A stretch of 63,063 bases of DNA from Deltaproteobacteria bacterium (GTDB lineage: Bacteria; Desulfobacterota; Syntrophia; Syntrophales; UBA8958): positions 1-63,063 of the forward strand of contig JAKQIZ010000022.1 of assembly GCA_029561465.1 (NCBI GenBank), in the 5' to 3' direction. The translations under genes and the position numbers were made by a program. Shown here piece by piece: positions 30,346 to 40,166 of this stretch (the first letter of the stretch is position 1; every line of letters starts with the position of its first letter). The notes beneath the pieces are model-generated. The model saw only the letters and a list, made by a program, of their open reading frames with translations. It was not told where the DNA came from and ran no database searches.

Positions 30346-30366
30346 CGGCCAACCGTCATGAGCGTT

Positions 30367-32829
30367 TCAGCACGCGATTTTCACGATAGCCGCGGGTACA
30401 ACGGTCTCTCCACCCCTCAAGAGGGAGAGTCCCTCGGGGCTGCCGGCGCTGTGGAGGAGCAGGGCCGTTCCCCTTGCGACCCGCGCCGCCGATCTGACCA
30501 CGGCCCGGACGGCGCCGCCGGGGGTGCAGACGGCAACGGTCTCCTTTTCCGCCAGCCCCAGGGCCTCGAAGTCGTCATTGCCCATGACCACCGTCAGACC
30601 TTTCCTCAAATCGGCAAGTTCCGGACTTTGCCGGTTGATGATGCTATCTCCGAAAAGGGAGGGCACGGGAAGGAGCCGCCAGGGAAACTCCGGAGACGGC
30701 CCTTCGCCCCGGCAATCCGTCCGGGTGAAACTTTCTGGTGGGACACCCCGCGCATCTGGCGCCGACGCGGGTATGTCCGGCCCCTCGCCCCGTGTCGTTG
30801 CGTCAGCCGCAACCCTTCCCGTCACAATTCCGGCGGGACGATCCGGAGACGCCCCGGCTGCCGCCTGTCCGGCCGCGCCTGGTCGGGCCGTCATTTTTTC
30901 CTCCCGCCCCATGAGGCGGACGATTTCCCCGAGGATTTCCCCGTCGGCGCGCACCCCCGCCGGGCCGGTCATGACCATCGGGAGTGCCTGCGTTTCTCCT
31001 GCCAGGGAGAGGACCGATCCCGCCTTTTCCGTCGGCAGGGCCGTCGGCAGGACGATATGAGCCAATTCCGTCGCCGCCGTTTCATAAGGACTCTGGCAGA
31101 TGAGGAGATCGAGGCCGGTTAATGCCGCCCGGACCCGCTCTGGATCCGGACAACTATCGAGGGGATCTTCCCCGATCAGATAGAGCGCCCGGATGTGCCC
31201 CCCTTCCATATCGACGAGGATGTCGTTGAAATCCCGCCCCGACGCGGAAACGAAACCGCCGACCATGGCGCCGCGGCTGTTGAACTGCCCTCCCAAAGGC
31301 AGGATTCCCCGGACCCGGTCATTAAGGGACGCCGCCAGGGATGCCCTCGCCTCGTCATGCCCGTAAAGATCGGGGACAACGAGGATGGCGATTTCTCTCT
31401 CCCCGTGCAGAAGAGCGATGAGCCGGGCCAGTTTGCCCGTATGGACTCCATAGCGGGAAGCGTCCGTATGGCCGCCCTGACCGTCCCCGCTGAAGACCGC
31501 CTGCAGATTGCCGAGAAACTCGTCCAGCAGGCCCGGCGCTACGGCTATGGGCAGGGTGGCCCGCTTAAAGAAATAATCCGCCCAAGTGGAAATGACGATC
31601 AATTCTTTCCCTTCCTTCTTAAGATAGCCGTTGATCAGGGGTTTCAGGACGGGATGGAACTCGGCGGCCCCGCCACCGAGAACCAGGAGGATGTCCGCCG
31701 CCGAAATCTCGTCCCAGGACGGCGGGTTCCACCGGCCGGGAAGGATTGCTTCCAACCGGGCCGTGAGGCGGCGGTAACCGGCCGCCTGGACGGACGCCAC
31801 GGAGTCGCTGCCGACGACGGAACGGAAGAATTCGCCGTAGGCGGCTGCCTCTTCCGTGGTCAGCAGATCCGCCGTCAGGGCCGCCACCGATGCGCCCCCA
31901 TGCGATTCGCAGACCTCCGCGATTCTCCGGGCGGCAAAGGACAACGCCTCCTCCCACGGGACGTCCCGTCGCCCCCGGTCATCCCGGAGTTGCGGCCCCA
32001 CCGGCCGCCGGTTATGATCGGCAAAGGCGCGCCAGCCGAAACGGCCCCGGACGCAGAGCAGATTTTCTCTGCCTTCGCTGTCCAGGGGCGCCGTTACCCG
32101 CCGGAGGACATTTCCCTCCATATTCATGTCGATGGGGCAGCCAAGACCGCAATGGCTGCATACCGTCCGTCTCTTCTCCAGCTTCCAGACCCGGGTGGCG
32201 TTCTTAAAGAGCTTGTCCGTAAGGGCCCCGACGGGACAGGTGGAGATGCAAAGACCGCAGAAATCGCAATCCAGCTTGCGGCCGCCGTCCGTGCCGATAT
32301 AGGTCCGGTAGCCCCGCTGGATAAATTCCAGCTCGCCTTTCCCCTGAAGATCCGCACAAATCCGGACGCAGCGTCCACAGAGGACGCAGCGGTTCATATC
32401 CCGGGCAATGAGGGGCGAGTCATGATCCACAGGCCGGAAAGGCGCTTCCAGTGCATAGGGCGCCCCGGTCACTCCATACCGGATCACCAGCTCCTGTAGG
32501 ACGCATTCCCCGGCCTTGTCGCAAACCGGGCAATCGAGGGGATGATTGATGAGGATCAGCTTGAGTTGCTCCCGGATAGCCTCCTCGATGGCCGGCGAGG
32601 TGGTGATGATATCCATGCCGTCCCTAACCGGCGTAAAACATGAGGGAAGGAACGAGTCGGGTCTTTTGCGGTCCGCGACGATGCAGAGCCGGCAAGCGCC
32701 GGCAGGGGCGATCCGTTTGTCGTGGCAGAGGGTGGGGATGTAAACCCCTATTTTCTCCGCCGCATCCAGGATCGTGCTTCCCTTCGGAACCGTCACTTCC
32801 AGATTGTTGATCTTCAGCGTAATCGCCAT
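30367..32829 (-). CDS. nuoG: NADH-quinone oxidoreductase subunit G (2Fe-2S, several 4Fe-4S, inactive molybdopterin-like domain)
   Basis: MAITLKINNLEVTVPKGSTILDAAEKIGVYIPTLCH..., HPLDCPVCDKAGEC, CVLCGRCVRIC, CDFCGLCISTCPVGAL, CSHCGLGC. No Cys/Sec-His active-site motif of formate dehydrogenases was seen. ATG 32829 follows GGAGGAAGG. Confidence 0.85.
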   Translation of the reverse strand: MAITLKINNLEVTVPKGSTILDAAEKIGVYIPTLCHDKRIAPAGACRLCIVADRKRPDSFLPSCFTPVRDGMDIITTSPAIEEAIREQLKLILINHPLDCPVCDKAGECVLQELVIRYGVTGAPYALEAPFRPVDHDSPLIARDMNRCVLCGRCVRICADLQGKGELEFIQRGYRTYIGTDGGRKLDCDFCGLCISTCPVGALTDKLFKNATRVWKLEKRRTVCSHCGLGCPIDMNMEGNVLRRVTAPLDSEGRENLLCVRGRFGWRAFADHNRRPVGPQLRDDRGRRDVPWEEALSFAARRIAEVCESHGGASVAALTADLLTTEEAAAYGEFFRSVVGSDSVASVQAAGYRRLTARLEAILPGRWNPPSWDEISAADILLVLGGGAAEFHPVLKPLINGYLKKEGKELIVISTWADYFFKRATLPIAVAPGLLDEFLGNLQAVFSGDGQGGHTDASRYGVHTGKLARLIALLHGEREIAILVVPDLYGHDEARASLAASLNDRVRGILPLGGQFNSRGAMVGGFVSASGRDFNDILVDMEGGHIRALYLIGEDPLDSCPDPERVRAALTGLDLLICQSPYETAATELAHIVLPTALPTEKAGSVLSLAGETQALPMVMTGPAGVRADGEILGEIVRLMGREEKMTARPGAAGQAAAGASPDRPAGIVTGRVAADATTRGEGPDIPASAPDARGVPPESFTRTDCRGEGPSPEFPWRLLPVPSLFGDSIINRQSPELADLRKGLTVVMGNDDFEALGLAEKETVAVCTPGGAVRAVVRSAARVARGTALLLHSAGSPEGLSLLRGGETVVPAAIVKIAC

Positions 32830-32857
32830 AATTCTTCCTTCCTCCCCGGGCCGACGG

Positions 32858-34645
32858 TCAGACAATCGCCTTGAACTTGCAGGCCCGGATGCAGGACTTG
32901 CAGCGGATGCAGGCATCCTTGTCGAGAACGGGGTATTCCTTTTTTTCCCACGAGATCGCCTCCACGGGACATACCTTGACACACAGACCGCACATCTTGC
33001 ACTTTTCCCGATCTATCTCGAAGCGGATCAGATCCACACAAACCCGGGCGGGGCAATGTCTTTCATAAATATGGGCCTCGTATTCGGAGCGAAAATACCT
33101 CAGGGTGCTGAGCACCGGGTTCGGCGCCGCCTGGCCGAGGCCGCAATGGGAGGTGGCCTGGATATGATGGGCCTGCCTCTCCAGGGCCTTCAGATCCTCC
33201 GGCTCCCCATTGCCCGTAATGATCTTTTCGAGCGTTCCGAGCATTACCTGCAAGCCGACCCGGCAGGGGACGCATTTGCCGCACGATTCATCGACGCAAA
33301 ACTGGGTGAAAAACCGGGCCACGTCAACCATGCAGTTCGAGTCGTCCATGACGACGATGCCCCCGGAACCCATGATGGCGCCCGCCTCCTGAAGGGAATC
33401 GAAGGTCACGGGCAGATGGAGTTCATCCTCCGTAAGGCAACCCCCGGACGGGCCTCCCAACTGGACGGCCTTGAATTTGGCGTTTCCCCGGATGCCGCCG
33501 CCGATCTCGAAGATGATCGTCCGCAAGTCGGTCCCCATGGGCACCTCGACGAGACCGACGTTCTTTACGGCCCCCGTAAGGGAGAATACCTTGGTGCCCG
33601 TACTGTCCTCGGCGCCGATAGCATTGAACCAGGCGCCGCTGTTGATGATGATCTGGGGGATGTTGGCGAAGGTCTCCACGTTGTTGAGACAGGTGGGCTT
33701 CCCCCAGAGTCCCGATTCCGTGGAGCGGGGCGGCTTGGTTCGGGGCATGCCCCGCTTTCCCTCGACGGAAAACATCAGGGCCGTGGATTCGCCGCAGACG
33801 AAGGCCCCGGCGCCGGGATAGATGTCGATATCGAAATCGAAACCCGTCCCCATGATATTCCGCCCCAGAAACCCCTTTTCCCGAGCCGAGGCAATGGCCG
33901 TCCCCAGCATTTTCAAGGCCAGGGGATATTCGGCCCGGACATAGATATATCCCTGCACGGCGCCGGTGGCGTAGCCGCAGATAATCATCCCCTCCAGGAC
34001 GGCGTGGGGGTCCGATTCCATGACGCTCCGGTCCATGAACGCCCCTGGGTCTCCTTCATCCCCATTGCAGATGACGTACTTGGGATAGATCCTGTACCTT
34101 CTCGCTTCCTCCCATTTCCTCCCCGTCGGAAAGCCCGCCCCGCCCCGTCCCCGGAGCCCCGAGGTCTTGACCTCGCCGATGACCTCTTCGGGCGTCAGCG
34201 CCGTCAATGCCTTGTAGAGGGCCAAATAGCCGTCATGGGCGATGTATTCTTCGATGCTCTCGGCGTCGATGTGGCCGCGGTTGCGCAGAACGATGAGCTT
34301 CTGCTTGGCAAAGAAATCTACGTGCTCGATGCCCGGAATCTCCTTAGCCGTCCTCGGTTCGCTCAAAAGGGGGGAGGTGGGATGCTGAAGAGCGGAGAAA
34401 AAACCCTTCAGGGTCTCGGTAAAGTTTTCCTCCGTGCGGACCTGGAAAACCTTGCCGCCGGGCAGAAACATAATGGACGGTCCCTGATGGCAGGAGATAA
34501 GGCACTCCGTCTCCACCAGGGGAATACGCTCCCCGTACCCCAATTCATCCAGGGTCTTCTTCAGGAGCTCTTTCATGTCGATGTGCTTGCGGAACTTGCA
34601 TTTACTGCTCGCGCAGTAGGCAATCCTGCTGACCGATGCAATCAT
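32858..34645 (-). CDS. nuoF: Extended NuoF-type flavoprotein (HndC/HydB-like): N-terminal thioredoxin-like 2Fe-2S, FMN/NADH core, C-terminal 2x[4Fe-4S]
   Basis: Start ATG 34645 overlaps the upstream stop (ATGA). YCASSKC...ECLISCHQGP (N-terminal domain), GRGGAGFPTGRKW, GAGAFVCGESTALM, ESCGKCVPCRVG, and C-terminal CKMCGLCVKVCP + CIRCKSCIRAC. It is 595 aa; canonical complex-I NuoF is noticeably shorter. Confidence 0.85.
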   Translation of the reverse strand: MIASVSRIAYCASSKCKFRKHIDMKELLKKTLDELGYGERIPLVETECLISCHQGPSIMFLPGGKVFQVRTEENFTETLKGFFSALQHPTSPLLSEPRTAKEIPGIEHVDFFAKQKLIVLRNRGHIDAESIEEYIAHDGYLALYKALTALTPEEVIGEVKTSGLRGRGGAGFPTGRKWEEARRYRIYPKYVICNGDEGDPGAFMDRSVMESDPHAVLEGMIICGYATGAVQGYIYVRAEYPLALKMLGTAIASAREKGFLGRNIMGTGFDFDIDIYPGAGAFVCGESTALMFSVEGKRGMPRTKPPRSTESGLWGKPTCLNNVETFANIPQIIINSGAWFNAIGAEDSTGTKVFSLTGAVKNVGLVEVPMGTDLRTIIFEIGGGIRGNAKFKAVQLGGPSGGCLTEDELHLPVTFDSLQEAGAIMGSGGIVVMDDSNCMVDVARFFTQFCVDESCGKCVPCRVGLQVMLGTLEKIITGNGEPEDLKALERQAHHIQATSHCGLGQAAPNPVLSTLRYFRSEYEAHIYERHCPARVCVDLIRFEIDREKCKMCGLCVKVCPVEAISWEKKEYPVLDKDACIRCKSCIRACKFKAIV

Positions 34646-35034
34646 TTGATTCCCACTCGCTGCTGCGGTTTTTCCAGGCCGTGGCCGATGGCGTATTCCA
34701 CCTTGGGATGCCCCCCGAGGATATGGCTGTAAAAGATCTCCCGGACCTTTTTGACGTCGAGCTTCCCGTATTTGACCGGCGAGGCGCCGGGGACCAGGAC
34801 GGTGATCATGGGTTCCATGCTGCACAGACCGGCGCAGCCCGTGATCTTGAGCTTCACGTTCGTGACCGCCGCCTTGTCCATCTCCTCCAGGAGGGCCTGA
34901 TGGATGGTTTTCGCCCCCGCGGCAATGCCGCAGGTGCCCATGTGGACATCAACGGAGATGTACCCTGCCGCCACTTCCCGGCGCCTTTCGTCGATGTAGT
35001 CTTCCTTGATCTGCTTCAGTTCGTCCATGGTCAT
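34642..35034 (-). CDS. Thioredoxin-like [2Fe-2S] ferredoxin (HndB-like) inserted between nuoE and nuoF
   Basis: 130 aa. HMGTCGIAAGAKTI...ITGCAGLCSMEPMITV. ATGA overlaps on both sides. Confidence 0.75.
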   Translation of the reverse strand: MTMDELKQIKEDYIDERRREVAAGYISVDVHMGTCGIAAGAKTIHQALLEEMDKAAVTNVKLKITGCAGLCSMEPMITVLVPGASPVKYGKLDVKKVREIFYSHILGGHPKVEYAIGHGLEKPQQRVGIK

Positions 35035-35519
35035 GATGACACCTTCTCCAGTATTTCTCCGACATTTTCCGGATCGATGAGCCCGAAGGTTTCCTCTCCG
35101 ACGACCACCACCGGCGCCAGACCGCAGGCGCCAAGACAGCGCACCTCTTCAATGGAGAATTCACCGTCGGCGGAAACCTCCCCTTCGGCCACGCCGATCT
35201 TCTGTTTCAACCTTTCCTTGATCTCTTCGGCCCGCTTGACATAGCAGGCGGTGCCGCTGCAGACCTTGACCACCTTTCTCCCCCGGGGAACGAGACTGAA
35301 GTAGGAATAGAAGGTGGCCACGCCGTAAATTCTGCTTGCCGGCATCTCCAGTTTCCAGGCAATGTAGCGTTGCAGTTCGACGGGCAGATAGCGGGTCACA
35401 TCCTGCACCTTCTCCAAGATGATCAGAAGCGCTCCCGGCTGCTCCCGGTACTCCGCGATTACGGCGTCCACCGCCGTCATCCGCTCTTCCGTAAATTGTT
35501 CAACCAGTTTGCTTCGCAT
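35031..35519 (-). CDS. nuoE: NADH-quinone oxidoreductase subunit E (HndA-like 2Fe-2S)
   Basis: GALLIILEKVQD...IYGVATFYSYFSL...VCSGTACYVK...CLGACGLAPVVVV. Start re-called to ATG 35519. Confidence 0.85.
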   Translation of the reverse strand: MRSKLVEQFTEERMTAVDAVIAEYREQPGALLIILEKVQDVTRYLPVELQRYIAWKLEMPASRIYGVATFYSYFSLVPRGRKVVKVCSGTACYVKRAEEIKERLKQKIGVAEGEVSADGEFSIEEVRCLGACGLAPVVVVGEETFGLIDPENVGEILEKVSS

Positions 35520-35553
35520 TGGATAAACCTTTATTCTATTGAATATGACGACA

Positions 35554-36723
35554 TTACCGATCCACCTCCGCCAGGACGATGTCGATGGCGCCGATGACGG
35601 CGACGGCGTCGGACAGCAATCTCCCCCGCACCATCCTGACCAGGCCCTGAAGATTGACAAAGGACGGCGGACGCACCCGGAGGCGCAACGGCTTGGGACC
35701 TCCGTCGCTGATCACGTAAAACCCCAGCTCCCCCCGGGGCGACTCGATGGAATTATAGACCTCGCCGGGGGGAACCTTGAACCCTTCCATGGCCAACCCA
35801 AAATGGCCGATCAGAGCGGCAATATCATTTTGCACCTTCCCTTTGTCCGGGAAGACGGTCCGGGCGTCCCCGGCCGCCCAGGGACCGGTGGGCAGACCCT
35901 CTACGGCCTGGCGGACGATCTTGGCGCTTTCCCGCATCTCGGTGATGCGGACTCGATACCGGTCATAGACGTCGCCGGCCAGGCCCGTAGGTATTTCAAA
36001 ATGAAATTCCTCATAGGAGGAGTAGGGATGGGACTTGCGGATATCCCAGTCGCAGCCCGCGCTCCTGAGCATGGGACCGGTAATGCCGAGAGCGAGGCAG
36101 GCCTCGGCATCGAGAACGCCTACGCCCCTGGTCCGATATTTCCAGATGGGATTGGCCGTCAACAGGAGCTCGTATTCATCCACCCGCTGGGCAAAGGCAG
36201 CGGTAAATGTTTTTACGGCCTCGATAAAACCGCCGTCGATATCCGCTGCCAAGCCGCCGATGCGCATAAAACTCGGCGTGAGCCGTGAACCCGTAAGGGA
36301 TTCAAAGATATCCATGATTGCCTCCCGCTCCCTTAGGGCGTAAAAGAGCGGCGTCATGGCCCCCAGATCGTGGGCGTGGGTCCCCAGCCAGAAGAGATGA
36401 CTGGCAATCCTCTGGAGTTCCGCCAGGGCGACGCGGATATAGCGGGCCCGGCGGGGGACGTCGATCCCCAACAGCTTCTCGATGGTCGTCACGTAAGCGA
36501 GGTTGTTGCTCATGGCCGCCAGATAGTCCAGGCGGTCCGACAGGACGATGAACTGATGATAGGTCCGGTGCTCCGCAAGCTTCTCGATGCCCCGGTGGAG
36601 AAAGCCGATGTCGGGATAGGCGTTGACCACCGTCTCGCCGTCCAACTCCAGCAACACCCGCAACACCCCGTGGGTGCTGGGATGATGGGGTCCCAGATTG
36701 ATCTTCATCGTCCTTTCACTCAT
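35554..36723 (-). CDS. nuoD: NADH-quinone oxidoreductase subunit D
   Basis: MKINLGPHHPSTHGVLRVLLELDGE...GFLHRGIEKLAE...DIVLAEVDR. Confidence 0.92.
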   Translation of the reverse strand: MSERTMKINLGPHHPSTHGVLRVLLELDGETVVNAYPDIGFLHRGIEKLAEHRTYHQFIVLSDRLDYLAAMSNNLAYVTTIEKLLGIDVPRRARYIRVALAELQRIASHLFWLGTHAHDLGAMTPLFYALREREAIMDIFESLTGSRLTPSFMRIGGLAADIDGGFIEAVKTFTAAFAQRVDEYELLLTANPIWKYRTRGVGVLDAEACLALGITGPMLRSAGCDWDIRKSHPYSSYEEFHFEIPTGLAGDVYDRYRVRITEMRESAKIVRQAVEGLPTGPWAAGDARTVFPDKGKVQNDIAALIGHFGLAMEGFKVPPGEVYNSIESPRGELGFYVISDGGPKPLRLRVRPPSFVNLQGLVRMVRGRLLSDAVAVIGAIDIVLAEVDR

Positions 36724-36840
36724 CTCCCGACCTTATGATCTGTTACGAACTAACTGTAACATCTTGCATCTCATCTTCAGGCCATCTTTGCCTTGGCTTC
36801 AATCGCCAAATCCTTTTCGCCGCCGCGAGGAAATACCCGC

Positions 36841-37285
36841 TCATTGCTCTGAATCTCCCGCCAGCGGGAAATCCTTCCTCAAGGGGTGCCCCGTAAAATC
36901 CAGCGGCAGCAGAATCCGCCGCAAATTTGGATGACCTTTGAAAATAATTCCGAAAAGATCGAAGCATTCCCGTTCCAGCCAATCCGCCCCGGCCCACAGG
37001 GAAAGGCAGGAATCGATCACCGGTTCCTTTTCCGTGAGAGGAACCTTCACCCGCAGGCGATGTTTGCGCCGGCAGGAATAGAGATGGTAAACCACCCGAA
37101 ACCGGGGTACGGCGGGAAGGCAGTCCACCCCGCAAAGATCGGTAAGAAAATCGCAGGCGAATTCTTCCTCCTCCTTCAGGAAGCGCAAAAGAGGGATCAG
37201 GATCTCCCGGCTCGCCTCCACGGTAATTGCGTCAGGAGCGGTACGGAGGCCCATAATCCCCGCGCCGAACTCCTGCCTGACAAGG

Positions 37286-37296
<11 letters not shown>
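36841..37296 (-). CDS. nuoC: NADH-quinone oxidoreductase subunit C
   Basis: [11 protein letters not shown]...[10 protein letters not shown]...[25 protein letters not shown]. Confidence 0.9.
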
Positions 37297-37785
<489 letters not shown>

Positions 37786-37813
<28 letters not shown>

Positions 37814-38136
37814 CAGACAAAGAAAAAAGCCGCCAGCAGGATGGCGATAAATACGAATATTTCGACCAGTCCAAACACGCCGAGTTCACGGACGATCAAG
37901 GCCCAAAGGAAAAGAAACACGATTTCAATGTCGAAGACGACAAACAGCAGGGCCGTTTTATAGAAGCGGATGGAAAACAGGCTGTTGGGCTTCTCCTCGG
38001 GCGGCATGCCGCACTCATAGGGGACATCCTTGGCCGCCGTCAGGGGCTTGCCGCCCAAAACCCGCGAGACGGCTACGATCGTCAGCGCCGATCCCGCCGC
38101 CAAAGCCATAAAGATAATCACCGCCAGGGTGGACAT
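37786..38136 (-). CDS. nuoA: NADH-quinone oxidoreductase subunit A
   Basis: 116 aa with three transmembrane helices, YECGMPP...[15 protein letters not shown] follows GGAAGGAG. Confidence 0.9.
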
Positions 38137-38169
38137 AAAACACTCCTTCCGAAAGGTTCCTCAGGTATC

Positions 38170-38185
38170 AGCAACAGCCGTGCCG
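38170..38185 (-). promoter_or_regulatory. Sigma-54 (-24/-12) promoter in front of nuoA
   Basis: The minus strand reads CGGCAC-GGCTG-TTGCT, with the -12 element about 35 nt upstream of the nuoA ATG. It has the same CGGCAC-N5-TTGCT form as the promoter at 17001. Confidence 0.65.
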
Positions 38186-38193
38186 CCGGACCG

Positions 38194-38216
38194 AAAAAAA
38201 CCGGCGATCACGCCGG
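38194..38216 (-). terminator. Rho-independent terminator between the regulator gene and the nuo promoter
   Basis: The minus strand reads CCGGCG-TGAT-CGCCGG followed by TTTTTTT. A second hairpin, GCGCCG-TCA-CGGCGC plus TTTT, lies at 38314..38334 just after the regulator stop. Confidence 0.55.
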
Positions 38217-38381
38217 CCGAAAGCGGATTATCCTCGCAGATTGACGGTTATTCCAAAGGATTATTTTTTTCGGAAAAATCTAAAAGGGGGCGATAGGGCG
38301 AAATTTGAGGTGGATAAAAGCGCCGTGACGGCGCCGGGCTTATTTCAAAATGAAATACGATGTGCGGATAGCGAACACAAC

Positions 38382-39743
38382 TTAGGGCACGGAGCTGAAG
38401 TCCTTTTCGGTTAGCTTCAGCTTTCTCCAGAGGGTCGTATAGCCGATGCCGAGCTTCCGGGCGACGAGCTTCTGGTTGTAGTTGTATTTCTTCATAACCT
38501 TCAGGAGATAGCGACGCTCCATTTCCTGGAGGGTGATGGTATCGTCGTCAGGATGCCCCGTCTCGAGCTTGCGGTAGTGCTCACAGGCGAGGGGGAAGTC
38601 CTCCCGCTGGAGGACCTTGTGACCGGAGAGGACGACGGCCCGCTCGATGCTGTTTCTCAGTTCCCGGACGTTCCCGGGCCAGGGGTAAGCAGCGAGGATC
38701 GTCATGGCCTCGTCGGCAACGCCCCTCACATCCTTTTTCAGGCGCTCATTGATCTCCTGGAGGAAGTAGCCTATCAAGGTTGGAATATCCTCCCGGCGCT
38801 CCCGCAAAGGGGGAATGAAGATATCGATGACGCTCAGGCGGTAGTAAAGATCTTCCCGGAAGGCCCCCTCCTTTACCAGGCGGCCGAGGTCCCTGTTCGT
38901 GGCCGCCACGATACGGACATCTACGGAACGATTGGTGTTTTCTCCCACCCGGCGGATTTCCTTCTCCTGAATCACCCGGAGGATCTTTGTTTGGAACTGG
39001 GGGGTCGTATCGCCGATCTCATCCATAAACAGGGTCCCGCCGTTTGCCTCTTCGATGAGCCCCCGGCGATGCTGAGCGGCCCCCGTGAAGGCCCCCCGGG
39101 CATAGCCAAAAAGTTCGCTCTCCAGAATCTCGTTCGGGATGGCCGCACAGTTGATGGCGACAAATTCCTTGTCTTTTCTTGTTTGACTGTGATCGTGGAT
39201 GATCCTGGCAATGAGCTCCTTGCCCGTGCCGCTTTCCCCCCGGATCAAAATACCCGTGTCGAAATCCGTCACCTTCAGGGCCGTCTGCACCACCGTTTCC
39301 ATGCTCCGGGACACCCCTACCACCTTGCCCACCCGGTAGCAGTAGGGTTCGTTGACCCGGCGGAGAGACATCATGTCATGGCCCCGCCGCTGGGCGGCCT
39401 CCTGGATGATATCGAGAAATGCCTTGTTGGCAACGGGTTTCATGACGTAATTGCAGGCCCCCATCCGAATGGTCTTCACCACGCAGTCAATGGCGCCGAA
39501 GGATGTGGCAATGACGACGTTCAGCCAGGGATAATGGGCCTTGATCCAATGGAGAATCCCCGTACACATGCAATCGGGCTCGCACAGGTCCGTGACGACG
39601 AGGTCGTAGGCTTTTGCCTCCATGAGTTTCATCGCCTCCACCTCCGTGGCGGCCTCGTCGATCTCGTACCCTTCGCTCCTCAGAAATTCGGCGAGGGAGG
39701 TCCGATGATCCTCATAACTGTCGATGATAAGAATGGCCTTCAA
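38382..39743 (-). CDS. NtrC-family sigma-54-dependent response regulator (REC + AAA+ + HTH)
   Basis: MKAILIIDSYEDHRTSLAEFL...DLVVTDL (receiver domain), GESGTGKE, GAFTGA, and C-terminal VARKLGIGYTTLWRKLK. Confidence 0.9.
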   Translation of the reverse strand: MKAILIIDSYEDHRTSLAEFLRSEGYEIDEAATEVEAMKLMEAKAYDLVVTDLCEPDCMCTGILHWIKAHYPWLNVVIATSFGAIDCVVKTIRMGACNYVMKPVANKAFLDIIQEAAQRRGHDMMSLRRVNEPYCYRVGKVVGVSRSMETVVQTALKVTDFDTGILIRGESGTGKELIARIIHDHSQTRKDKEFVAINCAAIPNEILESELFGYARGAFTGAAQHRRGLIEEANGGTLFMDEIGDTTPQFQTKILRVIQEKEIRRVGENTNRSVDVRIVAATNRDLGRLVKEGAFREDLYYRLSVIDIFIPPLRERREDIPTLIGYFLQEINERLKKDVRGVADEAMTILAAYPWPGNVRELRNSIERAVVLSGHKVLQREDFPLACEHYRKLETGHPDDDTITLQEMERRYLLKVMKKYNYNQKLVARKLGIGYTTLWRKLKLTEKDFSSVP

Positions 39744-40166
39744 ATATCCCCGTTTCCTTTTCCCTTTGATCCAACAAACCCGTTATTTGCTTTGCGGCAA
39801 GAAATCGGCAGTAAACCTCATTGACGGTTAAGTTGTCAAGCTCCAGGTGAAAACGGGGCGGCAGCAACTGCGCCTGAGCAACTCTGCCGGCAAGAATAAA
39901 GGCGGTAAATGATAATTTTGGAGGTAATTTATCCCGTCGGTCCTCTTCTTATCAAGCAATCAGCGATTTTCACCGATGACATAGAAGTTTTTCCGGTGAG
40001 CCGATTCAAACATCCTGTCCTCATCTTGATTATCGGGTATCTCTTGCCGGGGCCGCATGTTTGGGCTAAATATCTATTGCATCCCGGTGACAAGGGCATT
40101 ATAAGGAAAAACCACCCGCCATCTTGCCCCTGAGACGCACACTTTTTTTGGCCAAAGGAATCGCTC

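Noticed and set aside
30367-32829. Reading the NuoG-like gene, together with nuoE/F, as an NAD-dependent formate dehydrogenase
   Set aside because: The molybdopterin-like domain lacks a recognisable Cys/Sec-His catalytic motif. The genes are embedded between nuoD and nuoH with operon-like spacing.
32774-34732. Very long antisense ORFs: 32774..34732 (652 aa), 31195..32499, 26314..27534, 38553..39824, 41938..42990, 50589..51794, 5431..6069, 19847..20626, 45756..46526
   Set aside because: Each lies opposite a gene with strong family motifs. Their products are low-complexity (R/G/P/D-rich) with no motifs. This is the usual high-GC artefact.
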